Assembly: GCA_963848965.1 (NCBI GenBank)
Contig: CAWKFG010000001.1
Coordinates: 64,001-128,000 of the forward strand
Reading direction: 5' to 3'
Source of the DNA: an uncultured bacterium
GTDB taxonomy: Bacteria; Babelota; Babeliae; Babelales; Babelaceae
DNA: 64,000 bases
The notes beneath the pieces were generated by a model. That model was not told the DNA's origin and made no database searches. It saw only the letters and a program-made list of their open reading frames with translations. Shown in pieces: positions 41,450-51,696 of the stretch. The translations under genes and the position numbers were made by a program. The first letter of the stretch is position 1. Every line of letters starts with the position of its first letter.

Positions 41450-41992
41450 TTAATAGGTACCTGTAGCAGATGCATCTGTGCTAGATTCATCTGTAGCTGG
41501 CATATCTTCGGCACCAGACACGTCTGTCCCAGATACGTCTGTACCAGATACGTCTGTACTAGACAAGTCTGTACCTAATTCGTCTGCGTCAGATACGCTT
41601 GGCATTTCTGTTTCTATATCCTGAGCTTGTAGAGCTCCTTCATTAGGAGTTGCTCTATCTTGATCTGTATCAATGGTAAGATCGACATCTTCTACTGCTG
41701 GTGTTGTATCTTCTTCAACAATAAGATCTCTTCCTGTGGTTTCCATAACAGGTATCTCATCTATCTGTTCTACTGTAGCTGCGGGAACATCTGTTATAGC
41801 TGCAGGTGCGGGTTCTATAGCACTTGGTTCTAGTACTCGCGACACTGTCCCTGTAGTAGTACCAACAGCAGCTTCACCTATACCTAAAGCACCTTGAGCA
41901 GCACCTGTTGCAGCTCCTACTACATTTCCTATCATTGCATATGAGCTAGAAAATGCTCCTAGAACAAGTAATGCAAAAAACTTCTTATACAT
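41450..41992 (-). CDS. Secreted acidic low-complexity protein
   Basis: Signal peptide SYA|MIG; A/T/D/E-rich; (G/S)TD(L/V)S repeats; AAGGAG RBS. Confidence 0.75.
   Translation of the reverse strand: MYKKFFALLVLGAFSSSYAMIGNVVGAATGAAQGALGIGEAAVGTTTGTVSRVLEPSAIEPAPAAITDVPAATVEQIDEIPVMETTGRDLIVEEDTTPAVEDVDLTIDTDQDRATPNEGALQAQDIETEMPSVSDADELGTDLSSTDVSGTDVSGTDVSGAEDMPATDESSTDASATGTY
41513..41575. repeat. 15-bp tandem repeat (about 4 copies) encoding GTDVS-like units
   Basis: ACCAGA(C/T)ACGTCTGT periodicity visible in the sequence. Confidence 0.8.
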
Positions 41993-42165
41993 AATTTCTC
42001 CTTAGTTAAACGAATCTCTTTACTATAATTATTGCATACAATTAGCAAATAAAACAATATTTTATATATAATAATTGATTGTTTTTCAATAATAATGGCG
42101 GTGTGGCATGAAAATATAGTTATCTTTGTCTTGCATATGATGCTCGAGATAAGCTTCTTAATGTA

Positions 42166-43560
42166 TTAAGGATGAATAAGGTATTCTGCTAGTTTATTAA
42201 CTTTACCTGCTCCTAAAAGAAGCACAAGGTCTTGTTCTGTTAAAAGAGAGTCCAACTGTGAACTAATGGCTTTAAGCTGTGTATCATAAGGAATGTAGGT
42301 GATAGGGCATGATGGTTGCTTTTCTTTAATTGCTTGTACGAGGTTATAGCTCGTTATATTTTCAATAGGTGCTTCACTTGCTGGATAGATATCTGTAATA
42401 ATAAGATGATCTATGGGACTATAGGCAAAGAGATTTACAAAATCTTGCCAAAGCTTGTGAGTACGGGTATACCGTTGTGGTTGAAAAACTACAATAAGCT
42501 TTTTATGTGCTCTTTTACGAGCTACTAGTAATGTATTAAATATCTCAGTTGGATGGTGGCCGTAGTCATCAAAGAGTTCGGCCCCTCTATAGATGCCTTT
42601 ATAGCTGAATCTTCTTTCAATACCTTTAAAGTTTTTAAGAGCTTCAGCGCATACCTCAAAAGGAATTTCTACATCACGAGTAACAGCAAGAGCTGCTAGA
42701 GCATTAAGTACATTATGCCGTCCAGGCATGGCAAGCGTAAGAGAACCAAGAGGCTCTGGTTTGTCTTTAGCCCATACAGTGAATGTAGAATGATCTTTGT
42801 CTAAGATAACGTCCTTGGCGTATATGTCGGCTACCAGTTCGTTAAGACCGTACTTTACTGTTTTAATATGTGGTAAAGGAAGTATTGACTGAATATGTGG
42901 ATCGTCTATACATACAAATGCCTTGCCATAAAAAGGAACATTATTAAGAAACTGAGTAAATGTCTGCTTAATATCGTCAAGATCTTTATATGTATCAAGA
43001 TGCTCTAAATCAATGTTTGTAACAACGGCAAGAGTAGGATATAATCGTAAAAGAGATCTATCACTTTCATCTGCTTCTGCTACTATAAAATCTCCAGTTC
43101 CCCAACGTGCATTTGTAGAAATACTCTTAAGATGTCCACCAATAATAACGGTAGGATCTCTATGAGCTTCAATAAGAATATGAGAAATCATCGATGTCGT
43201 TGTCGTTTTTCCATGAGCGCCGGTAATAGCAATGCTGTATTTTGTGCGCATAATTTCAGCAAGCATAAGTGCCCGAGGAATAGTAGGAATACCACGTGCT
43301 TGAGCTGCAAGAATTTCTGGCGCATCTGGTTTAATCATTGTTGAATAAACCAGAACATCAATGCTCGGATGAGTACAAAATGGGGTATTATTTCCTTGAT
43401 AGATCGTGCATCCAATACTTATAAGCTCTTCTACACTTTTTTGTTCTAAATCTAAATCGCAGCCACTGATAGTATATCCTTGGTATTTAAGAACTTTAGC
43501 AATTCCGCTCATCCCAATACCACCGATACCTACAAAATGAATATGTCCCTTTTTGTACAT
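42166..43560 (-). CDS. murC: UDP-N-acetylmuramate--L-alanine ligase
   Basis: HFVGIGGIGMSGIA, GAHGKTTTT, EADESD, DDYGHHPTEI. Confidence 0.97.
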   Translation of the reverse strand: MYKKGHIHFVGIGGIGMSGIAKVLKYQGYTISGCDLDLEQKSVEELISIGCTIYQGNNTPFCTHPSIDVLVYSTMIKPDAPEILAAQARGIPTIPRALMLAEIMRTKYSIAITGAHGKTTTTSMISHILIEAHRDPTVIIGGHLKSISTNARWGTGDFIVAEADESDRSLLRLYPTLAVVTNIDLEHLDTYKDLDDIKQTFTQFLNNVPFYGKAFVCIDDPHIQSILPLPHIKTVKYGLNELVADIYAKDVILDKDHSTFTVWAKDKPEPLGSLTLAMPGRHNVLNALAALAVTRDVEIPFEVCAEALKNFKGIERRFSYKGIYRGAELFDDYGHHPTEIFNTLLVARKRAHKKLIVVFQPQRYTRTHKLWQDFVNLFAYSPIDHLIITDIYPASEAPIENITSYNLVQAIKEKQPSCPITYIPYDTQLKAISSQLDSLLTEQDLVLLLGAGKVNKLAEYLIHP

Positions 43561-43719
43561 TGAAGATCCCTACGCAAGTGAAAGCCTTTATAAGGAAAGT
43601 ATACTTCTTTTTGGGAAAAAGAAAAATGAGTAGTAACGGAACGTGTACGAGAAATAGGTATTCCTGCTATACTTATAAGCTTATTATTCATCGTGTAATT
43701 TCGTGAAAAAGGTAAAGAT

Positions 43720-45663
43720 ATGCATAAAATACTACTTTTTTACTGTATAGGCACCTCTCTTACAATGCAAGGAATGAAGAGAGAACAGGAGCCCATCGAC
43801 CATAAAGCACTAGAGAAAAAGCACAAATGCTCGAATGATGCACCAATGTTTTTACTTGTACAAGCGCTTAAAGAATCAAATGTAGAAAAAGTGCGTGAGT
43901 TATTAGCTTTATATACAGATATTAATGCTCATATTCATGAGGGAAAAACTGCTTTATATATAGCAGCACAAGGCGGTAATAGTACGATTATAAAAATGTT
44001 GCTTGACGCAGGAGCAAGTCCCAATAGCTCCTGTATAACAGCTCAAGGAAAAACGGGAACTCCTCTTTTTATGGCTATATACAGGAAGCATACGGAAATA
44101 GTTGATATGTTCATTAGTGCTGAAGCCTTTATTCATGTATCCGATAGCAGCGGTGTTACTCCTTTAATGGTAGCTTCCTATAGTGGGAGTCTTGAGATAG
44201 TAGAAAAATTACTTGCTTGTGATGCGCCTGTTAATGCTCAAAATGAAGATGGTTGGACTGCTTTAATGTTTGCAGCACAGGAAGGTTACAAAGAAATAGT
44301 GCATGTGCTTATATGTGCTAACGCAGATGTCAATGCACACAGTAGTAATGGTTTAACTGCTTTGCATTTGGCTGTACAAGAAAGTCATACAAAAGTGATG
44401 AAGCTATTGCTTAATAACGGAGCTGAGCTTGATAGAACATATACAAATGAAGAAGGTATGGCAGATATCACTTCTTTAATGGACGCAGTAGAGTGTGGGC
44501 ACAAAAAGATGGTAACCTATCTTCTTGAAAAAGGTGCAGATATTAATGCTCAAAATGCTTGTGGTGATACGCCCTTAATGCTTGCTGTAGAACAGGGAAA
44601 TAAAGAAATAGCGGAGCTACTTATTGCACAAGGTGCTGACATGGATATGCAAGATATTGATGGAGTAACTGCTTTGCATACAGCAGTACATCAGGAACAG
44701 ACAGAAATACTAAAGCTTCTGTTGCATAACGAAGCTAACCCTCATAGTGGGCGCAATGAAGTTGGTGAAGGAGAAACTATTATAGCGCAAAATGTAACAC
44801 CCCTTATGGATGCATCTGATAGAGGATATAAGGAGATAGTGCATACGCTTATTACGTCCGGGGCCTATATTAACGAATATGATACTCGAGGATACAGTGC
44901 CTTATTGTATGCTGCAAAAGGAGGTTATAATGAGATACTGCTTATGCTCCTTAAGCATCAAGCATGTTTTACTTTACAAGATAAGGGTATAGTAGAAACG
45001 AGAGGGAATGAATGGCCGCTAGAAAGTAAAATGCTTTTAAAGCTTTGTTTAATGTCAGGGATGCAGATGTATAGAAACAACTCTTTATCATATATACAGC
45101 AGATAATAAAAGAATGTATGTTACAGGGTATATATAAAAGGATGTGTCAATGTAGTTCTACACAATGCTTTCATCAGACAGTGCCTATGGTGCTCAGTAT
45201 ATTTGGTGATAAAGAAGGAACTGAAACTTTGCTAAAAGTAGGTTTACCGCTTTGGTACCTTAATGCTCAAGATGCAGACGGTAGAACAGCGCTTATGTAT
45301 GCCATTATTTTTAGAAATTACGATATAGCACAACTTCTTATGCAAGCATATGAAAGAATAGCATACCAGTGCTATGAAGCCTTGCACAGGGAAGTAGATT
45401 CTGTAAAACAAGTACAGCCTAAACAGGAATTAGTAAAAGCAGAAAGAGCAATAAATATCTGTGATAAACAGGGTAAAAATGCTCTTGCTTATGCTCTTGA
45501 GAAGAATGATAAAGATATGGTTCTCAGACTTTTACAAGCAGGTGCTCGGCCAAGTATAGAGATTATAGAAAAGATAGCTGCGCTCGCAGACAAAACTATT
45601 CTTTTGCAGCTTATACTAAAAGGCTTTATTCAACCAAATTATGAATACAAAGTTATTTTTTGA
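43720..45663 (+). CDS. Secreted ankyrin-repeat protein with N-terminal NLS-like motif
   Basis: MQG|MKREQEPIDHKALEKKHK; about 12 ankyrin repeats; C-terminal YLNAQDADGRTALMYA...GARPS block. Confidence 0.9.
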   Translation: MHKILLFYCIGTSLTMQGMKREQEPIDHKALEKKHKCSNDAPMFLLVQALKESNVEKVRELLALYTDINAHIHEGKTALYIAAQGGNSTIIKMLLDAGASPNSSCITAQGKTGTPLFMAIYRKHTEIVDMFISAEAFIHVSDSSGVTPLMVASYSGSLEIVEKLLACDAPVNAQNEDGWTALMFAAQEGYKEIVHVLICANADVNAHSSNGLTALHLAVQESHTKVMKLLLNNGAELDRTYTNEEGMADITSLMDAVECGHKKMVTYLLEKGADINAQNACGDTPLMLAVEQGNKEIAELLIAQGADMDMQDIDGVTALHTAVHQEQTEILKLLLHNEANPHSGRNEVGEGETIIAQNVTPLMDASDRGYKEIVHTLITSGAYINEYDTRGYSALLYAAKGGYNEILLMLLKHQACFTLQDKGIVETRGNEWPLESKMLLKLCLMSGMQMYRNNSLSYIQQIIKECMLQGIYKRMCQCSSTQCFHQTVPMVLSIFGDKEGTETLLKVGLPLWYLNAQDADGRTALMYAIIFRNYDIAQLLMQAYERIAYQCYEALHREVDSVKQVQPKQELVKAERAINICDKQGKNALAYALEKNDKDMVLRLLQAGARPSIEIIEKIAALADKTILLQLILKGFIQPNYEYKVIF

Positions 45664-45721
45664 TAGTATAGTGCTTGAAAATTGCTGATGTATCAGGAAT
45701 GTTCGGTGAGTTTAGTACAAA

Positions 45722-45752
45722 AAAGAATCTTGGAGGTTGTCCAAGATTCTTT
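45722..45752. terminator. Bidirectional terminator
   Basis: AAAGAATCTTGGA-GGTTG-TCCAAGATTCTTT between convergent genes. Confidence 0.8.
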
Positions 45753-45755
45753 GTA

Positions 45756-46157
45756 TTAGAGAATCTCTTGTAGGCGAAGAAGCTTTTTTTGCAAAGTAAT
45801 AATTTTTGCAAAAAGTTCTTCATCAAGATGTACGTGTGCAGGAGTAACTCTTGTATTTTGTTCTGCTAACGAGGCAGGGACAATTGGCTCTGAAGAAGAG
45901 CTTTTTGTTGTCTGCTTTTGAAAATATTTTTTTGCCCCTGCTATAGTATATCCTTTGCTATAAAGCAATTCTTTAATCTTTTGAATTTGTGCAATATCTT
46001 CAGGGGTATAAAATCGTTGTCCACCTTCAGTTCGCTCAGCTTCAAGGTTAAACTCTTTTTGCCAATGTCTGATAACAGATTGTTTTACTTTAAGCTTTTT
46101 GGCTACATCGCCAATACGCATCATATCTTTTTCTATCTTCATACAGCCCTTTTTCAA
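45756..46157 (-). CDS. MerR-family transcriptional regulator
   Basis: IGDVAKKL...IRHWQKEF...RTEGGQRFY...LLYSKGYTIAGAK. Confidence 0.88.
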   Translation of the reverse strand: MKKGCMKIEKDMMRIGDVAKKLKVKQSVIRHWQKEFNLEAERTEGGQRFYTPEDIAQIQKIKELLYSKGYTIAGAKKYFQKQTTKSSSSEPIVPASLAEQNTRVTPAHVHLDEELFAKIITLQKKLLRLQEIL

Positions 46158-46509
46158 CTATAAAGAGGTGAATATACCTTAAGTTATACATTAAGTTTTT
46201 TTTGAAGTATAGGGTTTCGATAAGATTATAGATGAAGTCTCATTTTAGTATTACTTTTAAGGCATCGAGATATGTCTGCTAGTGCTTTAAAGAGCCCGAG
46301 AAATTTTTTCTTAATTTTGTTTGTACTTCTAAATCTGGTGCCGGTTTGAACTTGATTAAGCTTTATAGTTGATTTATACTATAAAAGAAGACTATTTTGG
46401 TTGAACTCTAAAGTAAAGAAAAAACAGAACCATATCTTTTACTAGTGCTTTGAGCATGTCTTAAGGTTATCGAATATACGCATTTCAACTTACAGATAAA
46501 GGTTTTTTT

Positions 46510-48042
46510 ATGAAATTAAAAGATCTCTTGCTTCCTCTGTCTCTTGCTCTTGTATCAACACTCGTTATTCAGTATTTTTTCTTTCCGCGAGAGGAGAAAA
46601 GGGCTGAGATAGCATCTGATCGTAGTTTTGTGGCACCAACCTCTGTACAAACAGCTGAACCGCTTGACCTTGATATTGATTTCTTTGATTCACAGCCAAC
46701 GCGCTCTAAGCAAATAGTAGAAGTGAATACTCCTACTACTCTCTACCAATTTTCTAATGATGGAGCAATTATAGAGTTCATGGGATATAAGCGTAATTTA
46801 GCTGGTAAAGAAGGTCTTATAGAAACAGTGATGCCTTTACCATCTCGTGAAAAGGGGGCATTTTTAGTAGCGCTTAATGGCCTTGGTAATACTCCTTATT
46901 ATTATAACCTTATAGAAAAAAAGGATGAAGACAAACGTTCTCTTTTGACCTATAAGGGTGAATCTAAAACTGCTACTATTACCAAGCAATTTGTTGTGCA
47001 TCATGATACGTATAAGCTAGATCTTAAGCTTACTATTGAACCGAAAGAAAAAGTCTCGTTACGACCACGTATCTTTTTCCCAGCTCCGCTTATTTCAGGG
47101 GCACTTGCTACCGAAGTTGTTAACGGAGTGTTCTCTAGTGAAAAGAAAGCAATTGAGAAAAAACCTTTAAAAGACATCTTACAGCTTGGTAAAGAAAATC
47201 CATCACTCTTTGGATTAGAAGATCGTTATTTTATTAATGCTATGATAGCTGATCCTCAAGCATTTGCAAAACGAGCATATTTTAGAGCTCAGGGTACAGA
47301 AGGAGCAGATGGAGTACTACAAAGCTCACCTATAGATAAATCAACAACATGGGAACTCTCATTCTATACTGGCCCAAAAGAGATGAAAGCACTTTCTGCT
47401 GTTGATAAAAGACTTGAAGGGATACTTTATTATGGCTGGTTAGCACCGCTTTCAAAGTTGCTTTTATATTTACTTAACTTCTTTTATGACATCTTTAAAA
47501 ATTATGGTGTTGCGATTATTGCGCTCACGTTTCTTTTGCGGCTTATTTTGGCACCATTTACAGCATCTGGTGAACAAGCGCGTCGTAAGCAATTAGAAGT
47601 GCAGCGCAAGTTACAATACCTTGAACAAAAACATAAGTATGATCCACAATTACTAGCACGCGAACGAACAGAAGTACTGCGCAAGCAAGGACTTCCTGGT
47701 ATGCTCGGCTGTTTACCAGTATTATTGCAAATTCCTGTCTTTTTTGGACTTCAGCAGGTTCTTGCTCATGCTATTGAGCTTTATAGAGCTCCTTTCTTTG
47801 GGTGGATTAAAGATTTATCACAACCAGATCCTTATTATGTATTGCCAGCGCTTATTGGGCTAGGCATAGCATTGCAAACAGCACAAGCAGGTGATCCACG
47901 CCAACGTGTTGCTAATATATTACTCGCTATTATTTTTGCAGCGATTACTGCTAATCTTTCTGCAGGTCTTGCGCTCTTTATTTGTGTAAGTACTCTCTTA
48001 GGATTGGCTCAATCGTATATTCAAAAGGCTTTAAAATTATGA
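46510..48042 (+). CDS. yidC: Membrane protein insertase YidC
   Basis: N-terminal TM, periplasmic domain, YTGPK, YGW, NYGVAII, GCLPVLLQIPVF, WIKDLSQPDPYYVLP. Confidence 0.93.
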   Translation: MKLKDLLLPLSLALVSTLVIQYFFFPREEKRAEIASDRSFVAPTSVQTAEPLDLDIDFFDSQPTRSKQIVEVNTPTTLYQFSNDGAIIEFMGYKRNLAGKEGLIETVMPLPSREKGAFLVALNGLGNTPYYYNLIEKKDEDKRSLLTYKGESKTATITKQFVVHHDTYKLDLKLTIEPKEKVSLRPRIFFPAPLISGALATEVVNGVFSSEKKAIEKKPLKDILQLGKENPSLFGLEDRYFINAMIADPQAFAKRAYFRAQGTEGADGVLQSSPIDKSTTWELSFYTGPKEMKALSAVDKRLEGILYYGWLAPLSKLLLYLLNFFYDIFKNYGVAIIALTFLLRLILAPFTASGEQARRKQLEVQRKLQYLEQKHKYDPQLLARERTEVLRKQGLPGMLGCLPVLLQIPVFFGLQQVLAHAIELYRAPFFGWIKDLSQPDPYYVLPALIGLGIALQTAQAGDPRQRVANILLAIIFAAITANLSAGLALFICVSTLLGLAQSYIQKALKL

Positions 48043-48638
48043 TTGAACAAAATCAAGCTCTTTTGGCTCTGCTTAGGCAGTTACAAAAAGTTCCTTACCT
48101 AGCTTCTAAAAATCTCTATTTAGTTGCGCACTATTTTCTTGAGATGGATGGAGCTGCTGCAGAACAGTTTTGCCAAACTATCCTTAATTTAAGACATACT
48201 ATAGAAAAGTGTCCACTTTGTTGGACATGGAAAGAAAAAAATAAAGACTGCTATTTTTGTGCATCTTCTAAGCGAGATAAGGCTGTTATCTGTGTTATTG
48301 AAACATGGCGCGATCTTATAGCGCTTGAAAAGACTGGCGCGTATCTTGGTATGTACCATGTGCTTGGCGGTGCTATTTGTCCTTTAGAAGGTGTTGGTCC
48401 AGAAGATCTTACTATTAAGCAGCTGATTGAACGTGTAGATAATGGATGCAGAGAACTTATCTTTGCTTTTAATCAGACACCAGAAGGTGAAGCTACAGCT
48501 GCTTATATTGCTTCTAAGTTAAAAGGCAAAGAGGTAAAGATTTCTTGTCTTGCCCGAGGTCTTCCTGTAGGATCGTCTCTTGAGTCTATGGACAGGCTTA
48601 CAGTATATAAAGCTCTTGCAGAGCGGCGTCCTTTTTAG
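48039..48638 (+). CDS. recR: Recombination mediator RecR
   Basis: ATG overlaps the yidC stop (ATGA); CxxC...CxxC, YHVLGGAI.PLEG.GPEDL, TPEGEATA, LARGLPVG. Confidence 0.93.
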   Translation: MIEQNQALLALLRQLQKVPYLASKNLYLVAHYFLEMDGAAAEQFCQTILNLRHTIEKCPLCWTWKEKNKDCYFCASSKRDKAVICVIETWRDLIALEKTGAYLGMYHVLGGAICPLEGVGPEDLTIKQLIERVDNGCRELIFAFNQTPEGEATAAYIASKLKGKEVKISCLARGLPVGSSLESMDRLTVYKALAERRPF

Positions 48639-48810
48639 AAAAAGCTTACAATTTTTCGATGAGCTACAATATTCTACAAGAAAGCATTGTCAATTCTAAA
48701 AACTGTTTGAGAGCTTTTAAATCTTTTGGGATTAAGAAACTTATTTTGTATGAGCATAGAAAAAGTAGATAACTATGGATCTGTCAAGCGCATAGGTAAC
48801 GGAGTTATGT

Positions 48811-50109
48811 ATGAAAAAAAATTTTTCTCTTTTTAAGCATCGTCGTCAAATGCTCCTTAAGAATATTAAAGATTTCTATCAGCATGATCCACAAAAAGGA
48901 CTGCTTTTACTTGTAGGTGCTTTTGAGCATGAGCGTGATGTATTTCGCCAAGACAGCTCTTTCTACTATTTAACTGGTATAGAAGAGCCTGCAGTAATGC
49001 TTCTTGCGTATCTTGATAGTCGTACTGTTTTATCTGTACCTCAGTATGCAGAATCTCGTACTAAGTGGTCCCATTCAGCAGTGTATGGTGCAGATAAGAA
49101 AGGGCTTAACGAATTAGGTGTTGATGAGGTGCAGTATTTAGGAGCTATGTGTAAAGGCTATTCTCTTGCTCCACAGTGTGCCTTGCCTGTTTATGAGACA
49201 TTTTTAAATACTTTAGAAGATTTTGCAAGCAGTGGCGGTACTATTTTTACTTTGTATCCTCAAGATAGATATACTGAATCGGCTTCTATACTTAATAGAT
49301 TAATGGTACTTAGGCCTCGTCTTAAGGATGCGCTTGTTGATGTCTCTCCTTTAGTTGACAGAATGCGCCGTATTAAGAGTCAACCAGAGCTTGAAGAGAT
49401 GTATAAAGCTATTGATTGTACTATGGCAGCGCATGAAGCTATAGCACGTATTATCGACGAAGATAAATATGAGTACCAAGTGCAAGCAGGTATAGAGTTT
49501 GTCTATGCAGAATCGGGTGCACGAAAAGCATTTCCTTCAATTGTAGCGAGTGGACCTAATTCAGTAACGTTGCATTACAATGTAAATAATAGAGTAATGA
49601 GAAAAGGTGAGCTTGTTGTTGTTGATATTGGAGCTGAATATAATTATTATTGTGCAGATCTTACTCGTACTTATCCGGTATCTGGGACATTTAGTAAACG
49701 CCAACGAGAAGTATATAATCATGTCTTAGAAACTCAGTCATATATAGAAAGTATTGTAAAACCTGGTTATTGGGTTAAAAATAATCAGGAACCAGAAAAG
49801 TCTTTATATCATCTTGCCTATAAGTTTCTTGAATCTCGGGGCTATGCTCAATATTTTACTCATGGTATTGGACACTTTTTGGGAATGGATGTTCATGATG
49901 TTGGTAATTATGCAGAGCCCTTAGTAGAAGGAGATGTTATTACTATAGAGCCAGGCATTTATATTCCAGAGGAAAATTTAGGTATTCGTATCGAAGATAA
50001 CTATTGGATTGTAGAAACTGGTGCCGTCTGCTTAAGTGAAGAACTACCTAGAGAATCTTATAAAATCGAAGAGATGATGCTTGAGAGCATAGAAGGCTAT
50101 GAAGAGTAA
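48811..50109 (+). CDS. pepP: Xaa-Pro aminopeptidase (M24B)
   Basis: FRQDSSFYYLTG, VDIGAE..YCADLTRT, HGIGHFLGMDVHD, TIEPGIY, GIRIED. Confidence 0.92.
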   Translation: MKKNFSLFKHRRQMLLKNIKDFYQHDPQKGLLLLVGAFEHERDVFRQDSSFYYLTGIEEPAVMLLAYLDSRTVLSVPQYAESRTKWSHSAVYGADKKGLNELGVDEVQYLGAMCKGYSLAPQCALPVYETFLNTLEDFASSGGTIFTLYPQDRYTESASILNRLMVLRPRLKDALVDVSPLVDRMRRIKSQPELEEMYKAIDCTMAAHEAIARIIDEDKYEYQVQAGIEFVYAESGARKAFPSIVASGPNSVTLHYNVNNRVMRKGELVVVDIGAEYNYYCADLTRTYPVSGTFSKRQREVYNHVLETQSYIESIVKPGYWVKNNQEPEKSLYHLAYKFLESRGYAQYFTHGIGHFLGMDVHDVGNYAEPLVEGDVITIEPGIYIPEENLGIRIEDNYWIVETGAVCLSEELPRESYKIEEMMLESIEGYEE

Positions 50110-50179
50110 CGTGCCTTAAAGATACTTTGTGGATACCTCATTCTCGTGGGGAGCGAGATTTAATAAATCAAGGTACGTT

Positions 50180-51016
50180 ATGCTTCTAAAAATATTATAT
50201 ACTTTACCACTTTTACCATTTTTATGCCTCTATAGTATGGAGGCTCCGCCTAAGGAAGACAAAAATTATAATGACTTTGTTATTCTCTGTCAAGCTCTTG
50301 AAAAAGGTAATAAAGAGCTTATTGCTCAACTTACCTTTCAGTTAAATATAAATAGTCCAGCCACCTTTCTTTTAAATGAGCCTCTCTTACACTGGATACT
50401 TTTTAGAGCAGAACTTGCATGGATTCCTGAGGGATTACGTCAAGATTATAGGTATGAGCTTGTAACATGCTTATTGATCTGGGGTGCAGATAAGGATATT
50501 CAAGATGCTTATGGTATGGCTGCTCTTCATAAGGCAGCGATGGGAGGAGACAAGCGGCTTGTGATGTTTCTTGTAGCTCATGACGTATATATCAATTGTC
50601 GATCCTTGAGTGGTTGGACTCCTTTATCATATGCGATTGCTCAAGGACATGTACCTATAGTTTCTTATTTATTAGAATGTACTTCTGCTCTTATTACACT
50701 TGGTAATAATGTGTGGGAAGGAGATTATAAGCTTGCAGTAGACCATCTTGAGAGAGAAGTCAAGTTTTTGTCGGTCTTAAAGAACGTAGAGCAAGGACAA
50801 ATTGCACGGCTAAAAGAGCGTGTTCTGCAAAGAGCTGAAATAGTAAAGATACTTAAAACTCACTTATGTTCGGTAAAAGGAAGATATGCTCTTCTTCGCC
50901 GAAAATGCTTCTTATGTCACCGCCGATTTTATAAAAGTGATATGCTCTTAATTTGTGACTATCAGGGCTATTTTGCTCATGGTAGATGTATTAAAGGTTA
51001 TAAGGAAAAAAGATAA
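50180..51016 (+). CDS. Secreted ankyrin-repeat protein with truncated RING-like C-terminus
   Basis: Probable start 50180 (LYS|MEAP); ankyrin repeats; CFLC...C...H..C at the end. Confidence 0.8.
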   Translation: MLLKILYTLPLLPFLCLYSMEAPPKEDKNYNDFVILCQALEKGNKELIAQLTFQLNINSPATFLLNEPLLHWILFRAELAWIPEGLRQDYRYELVTCLLIWGADKDIQDAYGMAALHKAAMGGDKRLVMFLVAHDVYINCRSLSGWTPLSYAIAQGHVPIVSYLLECTSALITLGNNVWEGDYKLAVDHLEREVKFLSVLKNVEQGQIARLKERVLQRAEIVKILKTHLCSVKGRYALLRRKCFLCHRRFYKSDMLLICDYQGYFAHGRCIKGYKEKR

Positions 51017-51176
51017 AAACCATTGCTATCCAACTGTGTGAGAAATGCTGCCTGGTGTGCTCAAAAGCTTGAATAGTAAGTATAATTTGACGATTCTTTA
51101 AATTTCTTATATTATAAGATATAAAGGGTCTTTATAGGGGCTTTTCTAAATAGTTTCATTGTACAAAGGTTTTTTT

Positions 51177-51620
51177 ATGGATATGAATAAGTTATTTTTT
51201 CTTCGAAAAGAAGATGAAAAGCCTCGTTGGCGAGTAGTTGACGCAAAGGGGCAAATTGTAGGTCGTTTGGCCACCAAAATAGCAGATATGCTTCGTGGTA
51301 AAGATAAGGCACAGTATACTCCACATGGCGATGCTGGTGACTATATAGTAGTTATTAACGCTCAAGATCTTGTATTTACTGGTAATAAGCTAGAACAAAA
51401 AACGTATGAGCGCTATACCGGTTACATTGGTAACAAAAAGATATTTACTGCAAAGCAACAGATGCAAAAAGATCCAACAGAGATTATTCATCTAGCAGTT
51501 AAGGGAATGTTGCCAAAAACAAAACTTGCTCGTCAATTGCTTAGGAAGCTTCGTGTATATGCAGGCGCAGAGCATCCACATCAAGCACAAATTGCAGGCT
51601 TTGGGGTAGAACAACGATAA
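51177..51620 (+). CDS. rplM: 50S ribosomal protein L13
   Basis: WRVVDAKGQIVGRLAT..A..LRGK...YTPH.D.GD...VKGMLPK...HPHQAQ. Confidence 0.97.
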   Translation: MDMNKLFFLRKEDEKPRWRVVDAKGQIVGRLATKIADMLRGKDKAQYTPHGDAGDYIVVINAQDLVFTGNKLEQKTYERYTGYIGNKKIFTAKQQMQKDPTEIIHLAVKGMLPKTKLARQLLRKLRVYAGAEHPHQAQIAGFGVEQR

Positions 51621-51645
51621 AAACTGTACCTTTATAAAGTTTTGT

Positions 51646-51676
51646 ATAAGAGAGCTTTAAAGCTCTCTTATTTTTA
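51646..51676 (+). terminator. Terminator after rplM
   Basis: ATAAGAGAGCTTTAAAGCTCTCTTAT palindrome followed by a T tract. Confidence 0.8.
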
Positions 51677-51696
51677 TAGTCTATTTTGAGAGGTGC

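Noticed and set aside
46160..46509. rnpA, rpmH or an ncRNA upstream of yidC
   Set aside because: No matching ORF or structured RNA is recognisable.
51006..51012. AAAAAAG as a dnaX-type programmed -1 frameshift site
   Set aside because: The heptamer is not in the required A-AAA-AAG phase relative to the ORF (codons read GAA AAA AGA), and no stimulatory structure is evident.
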